DNA of 64,000 bases, from positions 96,001-160,000 of IMG/VR virus record IMGVR_UViG_3300007539_000009; one strand, written 5' to 3'. The notes beneath the pieces were generated by a model. The model worked only from the letters and a program-made list of their open reading frames with translations, was not told where the DNA came from and did no database searches. The translations under genes were made by a program, and so were the position numbers. The stretch is from a virus. Below, one piece after another: positions 35,138-43,623 of the stretch (position 1 is its first letter; each line of letters begins with the position of its first letter).

Positions 35138-35214
35138 GGGTACATAGCTCAGTCGCATAGAGCGGCTGCCTTCTAAGCAGCATGTCGCAGGTTCGAGCCC
35201 TGCCGCACTCACCA
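35138..35214 (+). tRNA. tRNA-Arg(TCT), degenerate acceptor stem
   Basis: GCTGC-ctTCTaa-GCAGC; two A.C mismatches in the acceptor; D-loop GC instead of GG. Confidence 0.75.
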
Positions 35215-35215
35215 C

Positions 35216-35292
35216 TCCCCGGCAGCTCAGTTGGTCAGAGCGTCGGATTGTTAATCCGAATGTCGTAGGTTCAAGTCCTACCGGGGGAGCCA
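35216..35292 (+). tRNA. tRNA-Asn(GTT) copy 2
   Basis: TCGGA-ttGTTaa-TCCGA; G6.G67 mismatch and C8; 3' 36 bp identical to copy 1. Confidence 0.8.
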
Positions 35293-35298
35293 CCCAAC

Positions 35299-35383
35299 GA
35301 TCCTGTGGCGAAATAGGTAGACGCGGCGGACTTAAAATCCGCAGCCTTCGGGCGTGGGGGTTCGAGTCCCCCCAGGATCACCA
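35299..35383 (+). tRNA. tRNA-Leu(TAA)
   Basis: GATCCTG/CAGGATC; ctTAAaa loop; variable arm GCC-TTCG-GGC; CCA. Confidence 0.93.
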
Positions 35384-35402
35384 CCAAGGCTTCTTTTTTA
35401 GC

Positions 35403-36629
35403 TCACCGAGCCTCACGCCAGGTAATCGACCCCTCGATGTCCTGGTTCGTCCCGAGCGGACGAGCGCACAGCACGATCTCGTCGGGCGTCCCGTCGATCG
35501 CCGAGCCCAACCGGATAGCGCTCTGGAGCACCGCGACAGCACCGGCCGACGCTGACCCACTAGCTCCCGCAATGAACCCTCCGTCGAGCACCGTGCCCCC
35601 CGTGACCGTGTTCGCCGTCGCACCCGTCGCCGTCTGCGCTGCGCTGTTCGCCACATCGCCGTAGGTGAAGGTTCCAGCCACGGTCGGATTCAGGATCAGG
35701 AGCCACTCGAAGTCGCCGCCCGTCTGGTCGATGATCGACGTGCGCGCAAGGTCCACCGTCGAGTCGAGCTGCCCGGACTTCAGCCGGATGCCGACGATCG
35801 CGTACACCGTGTTCGCCGCGTTGGCATCGACGTGCGTACCGCTCGTGCTCGCGTAGTGCAGCGTGCCCGTGTCCTGACGCCCGCCCTCGCTCACTACGGA
35901 GGAGCAGATGTGCTCCAGCGTCGAGGCCGCGCCCGTCCCGTCGTTCTCGATCTCGTAGCGCACCGGCAGGTTCGGCGTGCTCATGTAGACCTGCGACAGG
36001 TTGTTCGCGTTGTTGACCTGATGAACGTAGTGGATCACGCCATCGATCATGAAGCCGAAGCGGACCGCACCGACGCCGAGCCACTCGAAGTCGATGATCA
36101 GGATCTGCGCCTTCGTGAAGTCGATCACCATACCGGACGGGCCGGTACCATCCAGCGGGTCGATGTTCCACGACGCCTGCGCGACCACCGTATCCACCGC
36201 CGAGCCCGACGAGAACGTCCGAACGCCGACGCCGTACGTGCCCTCGGCGTCCTCCAGGAACAGGCCGTTGTCGTCGTCGAAGTACCCGACCCGGCGAGTG
36301 ATGCCGGTCCCGCCGCCCGACTTGTCCAGCACGAACGTCGCGAAGATGAGCTGCGACTTACCAGGCTGGTAGTTGAAGCGAATGAACGTCTGACGCACGC
36401 GCACGCCTGCGGTCGTCGTTCCGACGCCGATGGTCGTGCTCGCCGTGTTCGCTCCGTGCGACGAAGATGTCCCCGACCCGCTCGTCTCCTGATCGTCCCA
36501 GAACAGCGCCTGCGAGTCGTGAATCTGCTTCGAGTCGAAGACCGTGTACGGCTCAGATACTCGAAGCCGGGCGAAAGCGTCTAGCTGGTCAGAGGTAATG
36601 GCAGCTTCAATCGACTTCAGGTATGTCAT
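35403..36629 (-). CDS. Conserved phage virion protein (beta-sandwich/lectin-like)
   Basis: DAFARLRVSEPYTVFD..RQT..NYQPGKS..RRVGYFD..NGLFLE motif series; ATGA-coupled at 36629. Confidence 0.7.
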   Translation of the reverse strand: MTYLKSIEAAITSDQLDAFARLRVSEPYTVFDSKQIHDSQALFWDDQETSGSGTSSSHGANTASTTIGVGTTTAGVRVRQTFIRFNYQPGKSQLIFATFVLDKSGGGTGITRRVGYFDDDNGLFLEDAEGTYGVGVRTFSSGSAVDTVVAQASWNIDPLDGTGPSGMVIDFTKAQILIIDFEWLGVGAVRFGFMIDGVIHYVHQVNNANNLSQVYMSTPNLPVRYEIENDGTGAASTLEHICSSVVSEGGRQDTGTLHYASTSGTHVDANAANTVYAIVGIRLKSGQLDSTVDLARTSIIDQTGGDFEWLLILNPTVAGTFTYGDVANSAAQTATGATANTVTGGTVLDGGFIAGASGSASAGAVAVLQSAIRLGSAIDGTPDEIVLCARPLGTNQDIEGSITWREAR

Positions 36630-37840
36630 TTCACCCACCAGGTGGTCTTGGCCGCGTCGCAGCGGACGGTCAGGTTGTCTCCGCCTGTAGTCAGCTCAGT
36701 CGACGTTACGAAGTCGATCAACTCCGGGCTGGAGTCGACCTGAACTGTGATCGAGTTCCCGCTTTGATCGATCTTCTTGATGTCTACCACCCAGCCATCC
36801 GATGTGGCAGTAGGGGGCAGTGTCACAACCACCGGAGAAGGCGAGGCGTACACGGTGTACATACCAGGCTGGTCAACCGTGAAGCTGGATGTCCTGTCGT
36901 ACAGACCACCTACCGCTGATGATGCGAGTAGGCCGAGCGTCACCCACCCGGTGTCTGCAGCGTTGCGCTGACGCAGCTGGCCGGAAGCAGTGTCTGCCCA
37001 CAGCACGTACGGTCCCAGCGCGGGCGATGCCGCTGCGATCACGTACGTAGGACTAGTCGGACTTAGCGGTGCTGAGCCAGGCGGAAGGTCGGGCGACTGC
37101 AGGTATGTGGACAGCTGCGCATCAAGCGACGCCTGCGTCACGTACGTACCACCGGGACTAAACCCGATCGGACTCGTGAAGATCAGCGCAGCTTTCTCAA
37201 TCGTCAGCAGCGTCTCAGTCCGCACCACGCCAGACAGATCTCTGGAGGTGATAGCCAGGCCCGGCTCGCGGTTCGCGTAATCAAAGTACGGAGACGGGCC
37301 TGGACGGCTGAACAGCTTTGCGTACCCAACCTCTGACGGAGGCCACAGCGCGGCGGTGTCGCTAATGTAGTTGGCCGGGCTTGTACCGGGGCTCGCGGTA
37401 GTGCGGCCCATAGGCACTTGCAGGTAGTAGGCTTCAATGCCTGCAGGGCCAGTCAGAACTGCGCTGTTCGATACGGGGTCGAAGCCTTGCGAGCCTCGGC
37501 TCTGGCGCAGCGTGAAGTGGCCGTAGTCTTGGTTGAACGGGTTGTCAGGCACCCACCAGATCGAACCAGTGGGCGCCGACGGTCCGCCCCAGAAGCCTGC
37601 GCCGGCTGTGAGATCACCGACACCTTCAGCACCAAACAGAGCAAGTGCGGCGATCGAGGAGCTCGAATCAAAGCGGCCGGGCGTGCTCGGTGCTTCTGAG
37701 GTCCGATCTGTCTCCGTGCCTTCTGTGAACGTCTTCTGCCCAAGCACCACCTGGGCGATGGTCCCTCCCCCAGGTGCTGTTGTTTTACGCAGCAGAAGCT
37801 CGTTTGCTACGTCCGCAACTTGCTTGAGCGTTAACTGCAT
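36626..37840 (-). CDS. Tail fibre protein with T4 gp9/gp10-like C-terminal module
   Basis: VVVTLPP....G.VVDIKKID.S.N.ITV....ID......L......L......W. Confidence 0.6.
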   Translation of the reverse strand: MQLTLKQVADVANELLLRKTTAPGGGTIAQVVLGQKTFTEGTETDRTSEAPSTPGRFDSSSSIAALALFGAEGVGDLTAGAGFWGGPSAPTGSIWWVPDNPFNQDYGHFTLRQSRGSQGFDPVSNSAVLTGPAGIEAYYLQVPMGRTTASPGTSPANYISDTAALWPPSEVGYAKLFSRPGPSPYFDYANREPGLAITSRDLSGVVRTETLLTIEKAALIFTSPIGFSPGGTYVTQASLDAQLSTYLQSPDLPPGSAPLSPTSPTYVIAAASPALGPYVLWADTASGQLRQRNAADTGWVTLGLLASSAVGGLYDRTSSFTVDQPGMYTVYASPSPVVVTLPPTATSDGWVVDIKKIDQSGNSITVQVDSSPELIDFVTSTELTTGGDNLTVRCDAAKTTWWVK

Positions 37841-38427
37841 CAGGGCTTGGTCAGGCTAGACGGCGAAGCAGCAGTCGGGGCAGTTTGACCGCTGCCGTTA
37901 GGGTTGAGCCACGCAATGGACATCGCGTAGCTACCAGACCCTAGAGCCGACGTGTCGTAGTTCAGCGTGATGTTAGTGCCATCATCGCTGAAAGAGTCAG
38001 CGTCTTGCGTAGCGACAGTGATGCCATCCTGCACCACTGCGTAGCGCCCGTCTTCTCTGCGAGTGCGGTTCGATTCACGAGGGATTGTGAACGTGAACTG
38101 GTTCGAGGGAGAGTCGTTGGCAACGCCTACTGTACCCGAAGGTGCGGCCCAAGGAAGCGCAACCCCGGTAGCCAGCGTCTGGAACCGGAGCTCCTCGAAC
38201 TGGCGGCGCGGGTACTTGCTACCGATGTGCTCAACCTGCGAAGAGCGGCGGTTGACGACAACGAGCTGCGCCCGATAGGCGGTCAACAGCCGATCACGAT
38301 CGGCCTTGCTGAACTCTCGCAACTCATTCTCGTTCCAGCCGCTAACCCCTCGGGGGCGGCTGTCGCCTGAGTTGTTGCTGGTCCATGCGATGTAGTAGGA
38401 GTCCGGGATGCTGTACGGTTTGCTCAT
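37840..38427 (-). CDS. Probable virion structural protein
   Basis: TGATG-coupled within the fibre operon; beta-rich C-terminus. Confidence 0.5.
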   Translation of the reverse strand: MSKPYSIPDSYYIAWTSNNSGDSRPRGVSGWNENELREFSKADRDRLLTAYRAQLVVVNRRSSQVEHIGSKYPRRQFEELRFQTLATGVALPWAAPSGTVGVANDSPSNQFTFTIPRESNRTRREDGRYAVVQDGITVATQDADSFSDDGTNITLNYDTSALGSGSYAMSIAWLNPNGSGQTAPTAASPSSLTKP

Positions 38428-41400
38428 CAGATTAGGCGAGTTTGGTATCGGATCTGCACTGCGTCAGACGGTGAGGAGCCTGACAGGGCGTAGGCCAGGT
38501 TCAGGTACGACGGACTAGTGGGCGACATGCTGCGGTGCACTTCGACCGTGCGCGTCGTGTCCGCGAGGTCATAGCTGAAGTAGCGATCATCGATCGTGAG
38601 ACCGTTAATCGATACTTCGACTGAGTCGCCGACAAGCACATTGTCGGATCCTGACCCGACTGCAAATGAGTACGTTCCACTGCTGACTGCAGGAATACCT
38701 ACTCCAGTGAACAGCTGCTTCTGAGGCGGGTTGAACCCGAGCCCTGACTCAGCAGTAGCAGTGAAGTACGCCGTGTCGTACTTGAGGCCCCAAGCAGAGT
38801 CCGGCGAGCTAGGCGATAGCGCACCGAGCGGGGCCGCGCTAACACCTACGGGCCCTGACTCATCAGTAGCACTGACCAGCCCGAATGAGCCGACCGTGAT
38901 GCCGTCTGCTTCGACGAAGCCAGCAGTGCTGATGGTGAGACCGCTACCCACCTTGACTGCAATGATCTCAGCAGAGAGCGCATCTGGGCTCCATCCTTTG
39001 GCGGTAACAGGTGAGCTCGATAGCTTCCCTGACTGCACCAACGACTTGTACGAGCCAAGGCCAGTAGGCAGGCGGTTAGAGTCAACCGGCTCGAGGATCG
39101 TCGCGCCAAGTGCCAGATGACGGAGACCAATCGAGTTGATGGTCGGGACGATCCGATGGATGCGATCTTGATCTGCTGACAGCAGCGTGCCGCCGTTCTG
39201 CAGAACCGAGATACCCAGCGCCTCGATCGTGCCTTTGCCTTGGCCGTCCGGTCCGAGGTAGTCCTCGTGCTCGCGACCAAGAGTGGCAACGCGCCAACCA
39301 GGCTCTACTGCGTTCGGCGACAGCAGGTACGCCGACGGGCTGGCGGTGTAGTGCGCCGGAGTCGGACTGATGCCAGCAAACTGCTCGATGCCCACTGCCT
39401 TCAGCAGCGGAGAGCTCGAGCCGGATGCGCGGACGCGGGCAAGGTCGAGCTTGGCGAACCCAACCTGCTCGTCAGCAAGCGTGAGCTCGTTAGTGACCGC
39501 GATCTCGAACTCGGTGCCGACATCCAGGCTCAGCCCCTGAGCTGTTGATGTCAGGCCCGACGGGCTATCCAGCTGAACCTTAGACCCGGTGACGGTACCG
39601 AGTACCAGCGTGTTGCCAGAGAACGCAAACTCAGGTGAGTTGACGTCCAGTGAGATCGGACTGCCCTTGATGCCAGAAGGCGAAGCCAGATTGAGGGAGG
39701 CAGCGTTCAGTCCACCTGCCGCCACCTGCGTTGATGTAATGCTGTTAGGCAGAATGGCCAGTTGATCAGCAACTACACCGATCGGCGATGCCACATCGAT
39801 GATGATGTTGCCACTAGCATTAGCTACAAGCGGCGCTTCCTTGGGCACAGCCGAAGCAGGAACACCAAAGCCGCTGACAAACGCAGCGCTAGTCAGCGAA
39901 CCGTCGCGGACGCGGATGCCACCCGTCGAGTCATCAACTTGGATGGTGCCGTCCGAGCTGGGGTTGTGGATGTTGATCGACAACCCGCTCGATGTGCGGT
40001 TGAGGCCCGAGCCGCTGGCGAGCTTGATACGGATCAGATCTGTGTCGTCGTCCTCGAGCCCTGAATCAGCCGGCAGGCCGAGCTTGGAGAACGTGATGCT
40101 CTGATCGACCAAGGCGTCGGTGTTGATCGACTCCTGGGCAATAGAGATGCCGTCTTCCGTGTGGATCAACGGGCGCGTGGCGTCACTGACTGGATTGCCT
40201 GTGATCCGGAAGTCGGCGATGTCTCCGGCGAGCTTGACCGTCAGCCCGTCGAACTGCGTATCTAGGAAGTCAACCGTACCGCCGATGACCTGATCCGCCA
40301 GCAGCTTGACAGCTGTGATCGACCGGTTGCCGTACTTAGTGGTGGTGACCCCACCATCGACAATCTCTAGGTTGCCTCGCTGGTCGAAGTCGAGGCCCGG
40401 GGAGTTGTTAGGCGCTAGAGAGACTTTGAGCGTCTGACCTCCGCTGACTGAAGACGCGAGCGTCAGTCCAGTCATGTCGGCGATGGTGTTCGCCCGTATC
40501 GTCACCTCACCACCGGTGACGGCCAGGCCCCCGGTTATCGGGAACGACGCAATGCCTGGTGTGTCAGCAGTCGCTTCGTCACCAAAGGTGTAGCGAATGG
40601 CGAACGAGGTGCGCGCTGGCGACGACGGCGACTGCACGTCAAGCAGCCACAGGTCTCCTGTCTCCGCAACAGTGAATAGCGTGTCGACCGTGGGCGTCTC
40701 GTACGACCAGCTCGTGCCGTCCCAGAACGCGAAGGCACAGCTGTTGCCGCTCCAAACACCAGGCGCCGCAGTAGCTGAGTCGACTGACGTCAGGTAGTAC
40801 GTGTTGGCTGTCAATGACGTCGGGAACACACCGTCCGGTACTAGCTGGACCGGCTCGTGCCACTGAATCGTCAGTCCGTACGATGCTGCCGAGATCAGAG
40901 TGGTAATCTCGTTCTGCGTCAGCAGCGAATCAAGGCCAGCTGCCACGAACGGCGAGCCGCTCATGACGATACGGCTCGTGCCTAGGTCAATGGCAGGTGC
41001 CAGCGCGTCATCAAACGCAATCGTGCCACTGACGTTGGTGCTTGTGCCCCCGAGCGGAACGTAGGTGTCGTCAGTGACCTTGAGGCCGCTCGCTCCGAGG
41101 CTGAGCGAACCGCCGTCCAAGTCCACGGCCACCGCACCTTGCGAGATGCTGAGACCGGACGATGCGTTAGTGAACACCGCACCGAGCCCAGTACCGTTAG
41201 CACGCGGCAGATACGGACTGGTCAGCGGGTTCGGCAGGTTTAGTACACCGCCGGAGTACGCCAACGAGGACCCGACGATGATCGAGCCGGGTGAGCTCGC
41301 AGTGGCCAGAGGCACCTGACCAGGCGACAGCACCTTCGTGTACTCGTAAGCACTGGACAGGCGGAGTTGCGGGCTGCCAGTAGTGTCCAGCACCACAGCA

Positions 41401-42029
41401 CCGGAGCCAGCCCCTGCAGCGACGCCCGGCAGCGACAGCACGCCCGAGACACTGACCAGGACCGTAGGGTCGGGGCTCGCTTGCAGGACGCCGCCCAGCA
41501 CCGACGCAGACGCCGGGTTGATTTCCAGCGCGCCGCCACCACCTGTCGTGAACGACGTAGACGTGACGAAGTCAACAGCGCCACCAATGAGCTGGACAGG
41601 CTGGTTTGCCGCAACCGAGACGAACAGCTGGTCGCCCAGGAGGTCAAGGCCGAGCCCGTCGATAGTGACACCACCAACTTGGGTGTCAGTTGCGACCGGG
41701 GGCGTGAAGTAGCCTGAGAACGCGGAGGCTACTAGCGGGTCAGAGCCGTTAGGGCTGTGCGTTGACGCGTGAGGTGCGGGCGAGAAGTCGCTGACGTTGA
41801 GGGTCAGCGCACCTCCAGAAACAGTCAGCCCGAACCCGTAGGACAGGCCGACTACACCTCCCGTGTTGGTGATGGGCGGGCTAACTGGTATCGATGTTGA
41901 GGGCAGCGTTTCCGTGCCTTCAAACACACCGGACGGCGTGATCCCTAGGCTGGACGCCGCAATCTGCGACAGCCGTGTCTGGCCTGCACCCGTTACGGGC
42001 GTGCCTGTGCAGGGATCAAGCTCTGCCAT
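38427..42029 (-). CDS. Long fibre protein (1200 aa) with GL-x-V/I shaft repeats
   Basis: Repeats such as LASGSGLNRTSSGLSI, LDSPSGLTSTAQGLSL; HASTHSPNGSDPL. Confidence 0.65.
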   Translation of the reverse strand: MAELDPCTGTPVTGAGQTRLSQIAASSLGITPSGVFEGTETLPSTSIPVSPPITNTGGVVGLSYGFGLTVSGGALTLNVSDFSPAPHASTHSPNGSDPLVASAFSGYFTPPVATDTQVGGVTIDGLGLDLLGDQLFVSVAANQPVQLIGGAVDFVTSTSFTTGGGGALEINPASASVLGGVLQASPDPTVLVSVSGVLSLPGVAAGAGSGAVVLDTTGSPQLRLSSAYEYTKVLSPGQVPLATASSPGSIIVGSSLAYSGGVLNLPNPLTSPYLPRANGTGLGAVFTNASSGLSISQGAVAVDLDGGSLSLGASGLKVTDDTYVPLGGTSTNVSGTIAFDDALAPAIDLGTSRIVMSGSPFVAAGLDSLLTQNEITTLISAASYGLTIQWHEPVQLVPDGVFPTSLTANTYYLTSVDSATAAPGVWSGNSCAFAFWDGTSWSYETPTVDTLFTVAETGDLWLLDVQSPSSPARTSFAIRYTFGDEATADTPGIASFPITGGLAVTGGEVTIRANTIADMTGLTLASSVSGGQTLKVSLAPNNSPGLDFDQRGNLEIVDGGVTTTKYGNRSITAVKLLADQVIGGTVDFLDTQFDGLTVKLAGDIADFRITGNPVSDATRPLIHTEDGISIAQESINTDALVDQSITFSKLGLPADSGLEDDDTDLIRIKLASGSGLNRTSSGLSINIHNPSSDGTIQVDDSTGGIRVRDGSLTSAAFVSGFGVPASAVPKEAPLVANASGNIIIDVASPIGVVADQLAILPNSITSTQVAAGGLNAASLNLASPSGIKGSPISLDVNSPEFAFSGNTLVLGTVTGSKVQLDSPSGLTSTAQGLSLDVGTEFEIAVTNELTLADEQVGFAKLDLARVRASGSSSPLLKAVGIEQFAGISPTPAHYTASPSAYLLSPNAVEPGWRVATLGREHEDYLGPDGQGKGTIEALGISVLQNGGTLLSADQDRIHRIVPTINSIGLRHLALGATILEPVDSNRLPTGLGSYKSLVQSGKLSSSPVTAKGWSPDALSAEIIAVKVGSGLTISTAGFVEADGITVGSFGLVSATDESGPVGVSAAPLGALSPSSPDSAWGLKYDTAYFTATAESGLGFNPPQKQLFTGVGIPAVSSGTYSFAVGSGSDNVLVGDSVEVSINGLTIDDRYFSYDLADTTRTVEVHRSMSPTSPSYLNLAYALSGSSPSDAVQIRYQTRLI

Positions 42030-42032
42030 GGA

Positions 42033-42263
42033 TCAACTTTCCGGGGGCTTAGGGGTTCGAGCGCTCATAAGGCCCAAACCGACGCTGAGGCCGTAAGGCC
42101 ACTTGTTGCGAACAAGATGTGCCTTAGTTTCTTTGAGAGGTGCAGCTCTGAACGCGGCCAAGCGTCTGCTGACCGCAGGGCCTATATTCCTGGCCTGGCT
42201 TGTCAAACCTTGCTTGAACGCGCGGAACAGCCCGGCCGCCGCCTCTTTCCTGAAGTCGCTCAT
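42033..42263 (-). CDS. Small basic protein (K-x-A motif)
   Basis: MSDFRKEAAAG. Confidence 0.5.
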   Translation of the reverse strand: MSDFRKEAAAGLFRAFKQGLTSQARNIGPAVSRRLAAFRAAPLKETKAHLVRNKWPYGLSVGLGLMSARTPKPPES

Positions 42264-42601
42264 CAGTACGCCCGGTAGTTGCCCTGCGGATTACCGCTGC
42301 CCAGCCCGCGACCAACGGCTGACCCTACGCTCATACCACCAGTGATAATAGCAGCATCTTTCACACTGTCCTTAAGCACCTGCGCAGTTTCTCTGCCTAA
42401 GGTCTTGGCGCCGGCTTTCGTGGTGAAGCGCCGCTTAGCGGCACCTCCAAAGGACTGCAGACCTCTCTTAAAGCCCTTGGTTTTCATTGCTCTAAGTGCA
42501 GCTCCACCTACGCGGAGCAGCCCGGTGAACGCGGGCCACGCAGCGGCTTGAAGCACGCCCAGTTTCTCGAGCTCATCTGCGTATGCATCTACTAGTTTCA
42601 T
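42263..42601 (-). CDS. Small basic protein
   Basis: MKLVDAYADELEKLG; G/A/K-rich. Confidence 0.55.
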   Translation of the reverse strand: MKLVDAYADELEKLGVLQAAAWPAFTGLLRVGGAALRAMKTKGFKRGLQSFGGAAKRRFTTKAGAKTLGRETAQVLKDSVKDAAIITGGMSVGSAVGRGLGSGNPQGNYRAY

Positions 42602-42846
42602 ATGGGCACAACTGCTTTCGTGACACCGCTAATCGGAGAGAGGCGCGCTCCCCGTGGTTGCGCAGCGAGCATTCGTCTGCGAGGACCGAACGCCATCGTA
42701 TCGGGACCTACCATCGTCCTCAGATCCCGCACCCTAAGCGGTACCCTCACGGAAAAGCTGGAAGGGAACTTGACCGAGCCCGTAGCTGCTTTGTCAACCA
42801 AACCAGAGGCGTACGCAGTTTTTGTTACGTCAGCTAGTTTGAGCAT
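42598..42846 (-). CDS. Small basic protein (K-x-A motif)
   Basis: MLKLADVTKTAY. Confidence 0.5.
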   Translation of the reverse strand: MLKLADVTKTAYASGLVDKAATGSVKFPSSFSVRVPLRVRDLRTMVGPDTMAFGPRRRMLAAQPRGARLSPISGVTKAVVPI

Positions 42847-43250
42847 CAGGTGGGCACGCTAAATGTGGCGGACTCGCCCGCCTGGTTAGTTACCTCGACA
42901 GTCACGTCCCATCCAGTCTGCGTGCGCTGGGCCCGCACTAGGGTCAGCGACTGGAGGCGATCATTGGCTGTCAAGTTGTCCGCCAACTGCTGATTGGCAA
43001 ACACGTGGGCCTGGCCTGCCCGGACAGCGCTGGCAATGTTGCTCGCCACTACTGCGTCCTCGGAAGGCACGGCCTCAAGCATGATCGACGCTAGTCCTGC
43101 TCCCCGGCTGCGCTCAGGCATTGGATCGGACAGTAGCTCGATCAGTACCTCTTGGACTAACGAGCTGAGTCCGGAGACACGTTTGGGCGTGTCCCCGGAC
43201 CCTAGCGTGATCTCGCCACTATCGGCGACGGTGAAGATGCCGTAGTCCAC
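42846..43250 (-). CDS. Baseplate wedge gp25/GPW-like protein
   Basis: VSGLSSLVQEVLIELLSDP..GAGL..RLQSLTL..V.VEVTNQAGE. Confidence 0.75.
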   Translation of the reverse strand: MDYGIFTVADSGEITLGSGDTPKRVSGLSSLVQEVLIELLSDPMPERSRGAGLASIMLEAVPSEDAVVASNIASAVRAGQAHVFANQQLADNLTANDRLQSLTLVRAQRTQTGWDVTVEVTNQAGESATFSVPT

Positions 43251-43276
43251 AGACTCGGCCGCTGAGCCTTAGCGGC

Positions 43277-43555
43277 TCAGTCGCAATCCTCGTCGTCGTC
43301 CTTCTTGCCCTTCATGCGAGCAAGCATGGCCGGGGGCATCTTCTTGTGCTTCTTGTCCTTCTTGCCCGACTTCATGTCGTAGCCCTTCTCTTCCATATCC
43401 ATGGCGAGCTTGGCCAGAAGATCGCCGAAGGTCTCAGGCTCTTCCTCGTACTGCCCAGAGGCAGCAGCGAGTTTGGCCATTGCGGGCGAGGGGGCAGAGG
43501 TCGCGGCTTCGATGCCTTCGACCAGACCGGTGTGTAGTGCTTCGCTTACGTTCAT
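43277..43555 (-). CDS. Small charged protein (possible internal head protein)
   Basis: AKLAAAS, AKLAMD, K- and D-rich tail. Confidence 0.5.
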   Translation of the reverse strand: MNVSEALHTGLVEGIEAATSAPSPAMAKLAAASGQYEEEPETFGDLLAKLAMDMEEKGYDMKSGKKDKKHKKMPPAMLARMKGKKDDDEDCD

Positions 43556-43623
43556 GGGTCCTGAATCAGGGGTTGGAGGGGCTACAAGACGAGCCCCAGA
43601 GCTCTTCCCTAGTCTAGCGAGCG

